The translations under genes were made by a program, and so were the position numbers. The notes under the pieces were generated by a model, which was not told where the DNA came from, made no database searches, and saw nothing but the letters and a program-made list of their open reading frames with translations. Source: Malacoraja senta (taxonomy: Eukaryota). From it: 64,000 bases of DNA. The stretch covers positions 7,626,001-7,690,000 of the forward strand of contig CM075996.1 of NCBI GenBank assembly GCA_038087875.1. Reading direction: 5' to 3'. Below are positions 1-64,000 of this stretch, in pieces (position 1 is the stretch's first letter; each line of letters opens with the position of its first letter).

Positions 1-92
1 CAGCTGCATCATTAAATACACAGTTATGCATTTTGTAAGATAATTGGCCCGATCACAGCTCTTATGCTGCACACACAGCTTGCTTTGGCAAA

Positions 93-61425
<61,333 letters not shown>

Positions 61426-61639
61426 CTGAAATGAAACAAATTAAATATTAATTATTGATGCATCAGCTTCCATTTTTTACCTGGTGCTCTTAATGTGTCC
61501 CAACATGGCTAATATTATTAAATACACCCAGCAATCTTAAAAATAATTCTCCAAAGTTGGTGCAATTAGCTGTGAACACATCTCAAATATGTTGCAAATG
61601 AAGTTCAAAAATAATTTTGTTTTTCATTTTTAAAGAAAT

Positions 61640-62345
61640 ATAATGCTGGTAAGAGTGCTGTTATGATCTGTAGAACCAAAGAGGATGAATGTCTAAAATT
61701 TACTGATTTTAAATTGTCTGATAATAATCTTAGCTTCTGTAATAAGGCAAAATATCTTGGACGTTTTATTACAGAACAAATGACAAATGATGAGGATATT
61801 TATAGTCAACGCCGTATGATGTATACACAAGCAAACATTCTCTTACACAAGTTTAGTGCGCGTACAGGTGGAGTGAAGATGTCTCTGTTCAGAGCCTATT
61901 GTACACCACTCTATACTGCACACCTGTGGTCAAACTACCGAAAAGCAAGCTTACAGAGATTTAAATGATGCCATGAGAATATTACTTAAGAGACCCATGG
62001 TGTAGTGCAAGTGAAATGTTTGTGGCTGCAGGAGTCAATACTTTCCAAACTTTTAAGAAATCTTATGTATAAATTTGCTGGATTATTGACTGAAAATGAA
62101 ATCTTGGCCTTATCAAGGTTTAGAATTACACACTACCATTCCCAGCTGTGGTATAGTTGTCTCGTTGTAGGACACAGATTTTTTAAATTCTTGATCTTAA
62201 ACCATGTATTTTGCTTTTGTATGTAATTTATTGTACTTTTGTAAGTAATTTACTGTGCTTTTGTATGTAATTTATTGTGCTTCTGTTTGCAACTTATTCT
62301 ATATAATGTCTTTTCTTTTATCTGGACCATGAGTCTGTAATTAAA
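61640..62345 (+). mobile_element. Non-LTR retrotransposon RT C-terminus and 3' UTR (RTEX-like, clade tentative)
   Basis: KYLG...DEDIYSQRRMMYTQANILLHKF...LFRAYCTPLYTAHLW. Confidence 0.7.
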
Positions 62346-62439
62346 AAAAGTATTCAACATAATCATTTTGAAATATGCAAATTGAGACAAATAAAATTAA
62401 AAGAATCTAAAATTTGATTTGCGCCAATGGTGACTGCGT

Positions 62440-63328
62440 AGCCGGTCATAGTGCGAACTCCATCAAGTTCGCTGACGACAACACTGTTGTTGGATGAATC
62501 ACAGATGGTGATGAGTCAGAGTATAGAAACGAGATTGACCGATTGACCAAATGGTGCCAGCACAATAACTTGGCTCTCAACATCAGTAAAACCAAGGAAC
62601 TGATTGTGGACTTTGATAAGGGAAGGATGAGGACCCACAATCCTGTTTACATCAATGAGACAATGGAGGAGAGGGTCAAAAAACTTTCCTGGGCGTGCAT
62701 ATTTCCGAAGATCTTTCCTGGACCCAGCACACTGATGCAATTATAAAGAAGGCACATCAGCGACTCTACTTCCCGAATAGATTACGGAGATTCGGCATAT
62801 CAAAGAAGATTCTCCTGAACTTCTACATGTGGACAGTAGAGAGCATACTGACTGGTTGCATCATGGCCTGGTTCAGCAACTTGAACATCCAGGAGCGGAA
62901 AAGACTGCAAAAAGTTGTGACCATCGCCAGCTTTGACCTTCCCACCATTGAAGGGATCTACCGAAGTCACTGCCTCAAAAAGGCGGCCAACATCATCAAA
63001 GACCTGCACCATCCTGGCCATACTCATTTCACCATTGCCATCGGGAAGTAGGTACAGGAGCCTGAAAACTGTAACATCCAGATTCAGGAACAGCTTCTTC
63101 CCTATAGCCATCAGGTTATTAAAAACACGACAACAAATAAGCTCTGAACTACAACAGACTATTATTATTATTGCACTATATTTGTTATTTATGTGCATGT
63201 GTATACACACACTGAACTTTTTTTCTTCTCCCGTTATGCACTATGTTTACATATTTTGTTGTGCTGCAGCAAGTAAGAATTTCATTGTCCTATCTGGGAC
63301 ATTCGACAATAAAACACTCTTGACTCTT
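62440..63328 (+). mobile_element. Rex1/Babar-like LINE 3' portion with RT
   Basis: KFADDNTVVG, WCQHNNLALNISKTKELIVDF, LPSGSRYRSL...RFRNSFFP. Confidence 0.88.
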
Positions 63329-64000
63329 GGTAGCAGGATAAGTAAACGTACCATTTTTTTTTTACAAGCTTACATTACATCGTAAAGGTTTGAGGATATC
63401 AAAATGCTAACAACCTTTGTCACCTCAGATGACTAAATACTTGATTCACTTCCTTAAAATTCCAGGTACACAAGTTAAAACACCTTTTTTGGTGATACAG
63501 AGAGGGAGCAATGCATTGATGGGTTGCACACATCATTTGCAACACGTACAGGTCAAAGTACAATGTGGCCAATGGAGGCAGCAGCCGGGGGGGGGGGGGG
63601 GGGGGGAAACAAGGCAAGGTGTTATTTTTAGTCTGTACACTACTGTATGCAACCTTGATGCATGAAACAGACTTAATGGATCAAAAATTTAAAAAAAGCC
63701 TCATCCCCAATTCTATTTTCTCTTCTTATGAGATTGTTCTGAAAAAGTAATACATCTTTCTCAAGAGAATATTGTAACTTGCACAGAATGAACGATTGAT
63801 TTTCATCACCACGTTGCCTGCTATTTTGTTGATTATTTATTGGTGGGTGGCATTACTTTTGACAGTTAAACCTGGGGATGAACATAGTCACCAGAGATAT
63901 AAACATATTCTTTCATCCCCACATACCTTAAATTTAAAAGGCGTAACAGAACTGTTTAACCTGATTGAGACGTTTCGGGAAACTATAGGGCTGCCACAAC

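Noticed and set aside
63587-63606. Poly-G/C runs (also ~4380, ~26669, ~27287) as functional G-quadruplexes
   Set aside because: Simple homopolymers of uncertain length with no supporting context.

Overview
Vertebrate genomic DNA, very probably from a cartilaginous fish (skate/ray-type repeats: HE1-like V-SINEs, HER1/CR1 LINEs). The window is spanned on the minus strand by one non-muscle myosin II heavy chain gene, best assigned as MYH9 (NMHC-IIA). I mapped 38 constitutive coding exons, equivalent to human exons 4-41 (5390 coding nt, stop at 93-95; exons 1-3 lie beyond 64000). They splice into one open frame, and exons 4-40 have the lengths I recall for human MYH9. Special introns: one U12-type GT-AG and two GC-AG. 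Main observations the ORF track misses: (1) a 21-nt loop-1 microexon (QSTVLAY) resembling the MYH11 SM-B insert; (2) a 63-nt loop-2 cassette resembling the MYH10 B2 insert, whose acceptor reads CGG instead of CAG, next to a strong poison-exon candidate; (3) a dense family of short Penelope-derived, often palindromic insertions carrying minimal hammerhead-ribozyme-like cores, including copies carried inside DNA-transposon MITEs on both sides of exon 33. The rest is retroelement fragments (CR1, Rex1/Babar-like, RTE-like, L1-like) and MITEs. Exon and TSD coordinates were counted by hand; LINE/SINE edges are approximate; homolog comparisons are from memory, not from searches.
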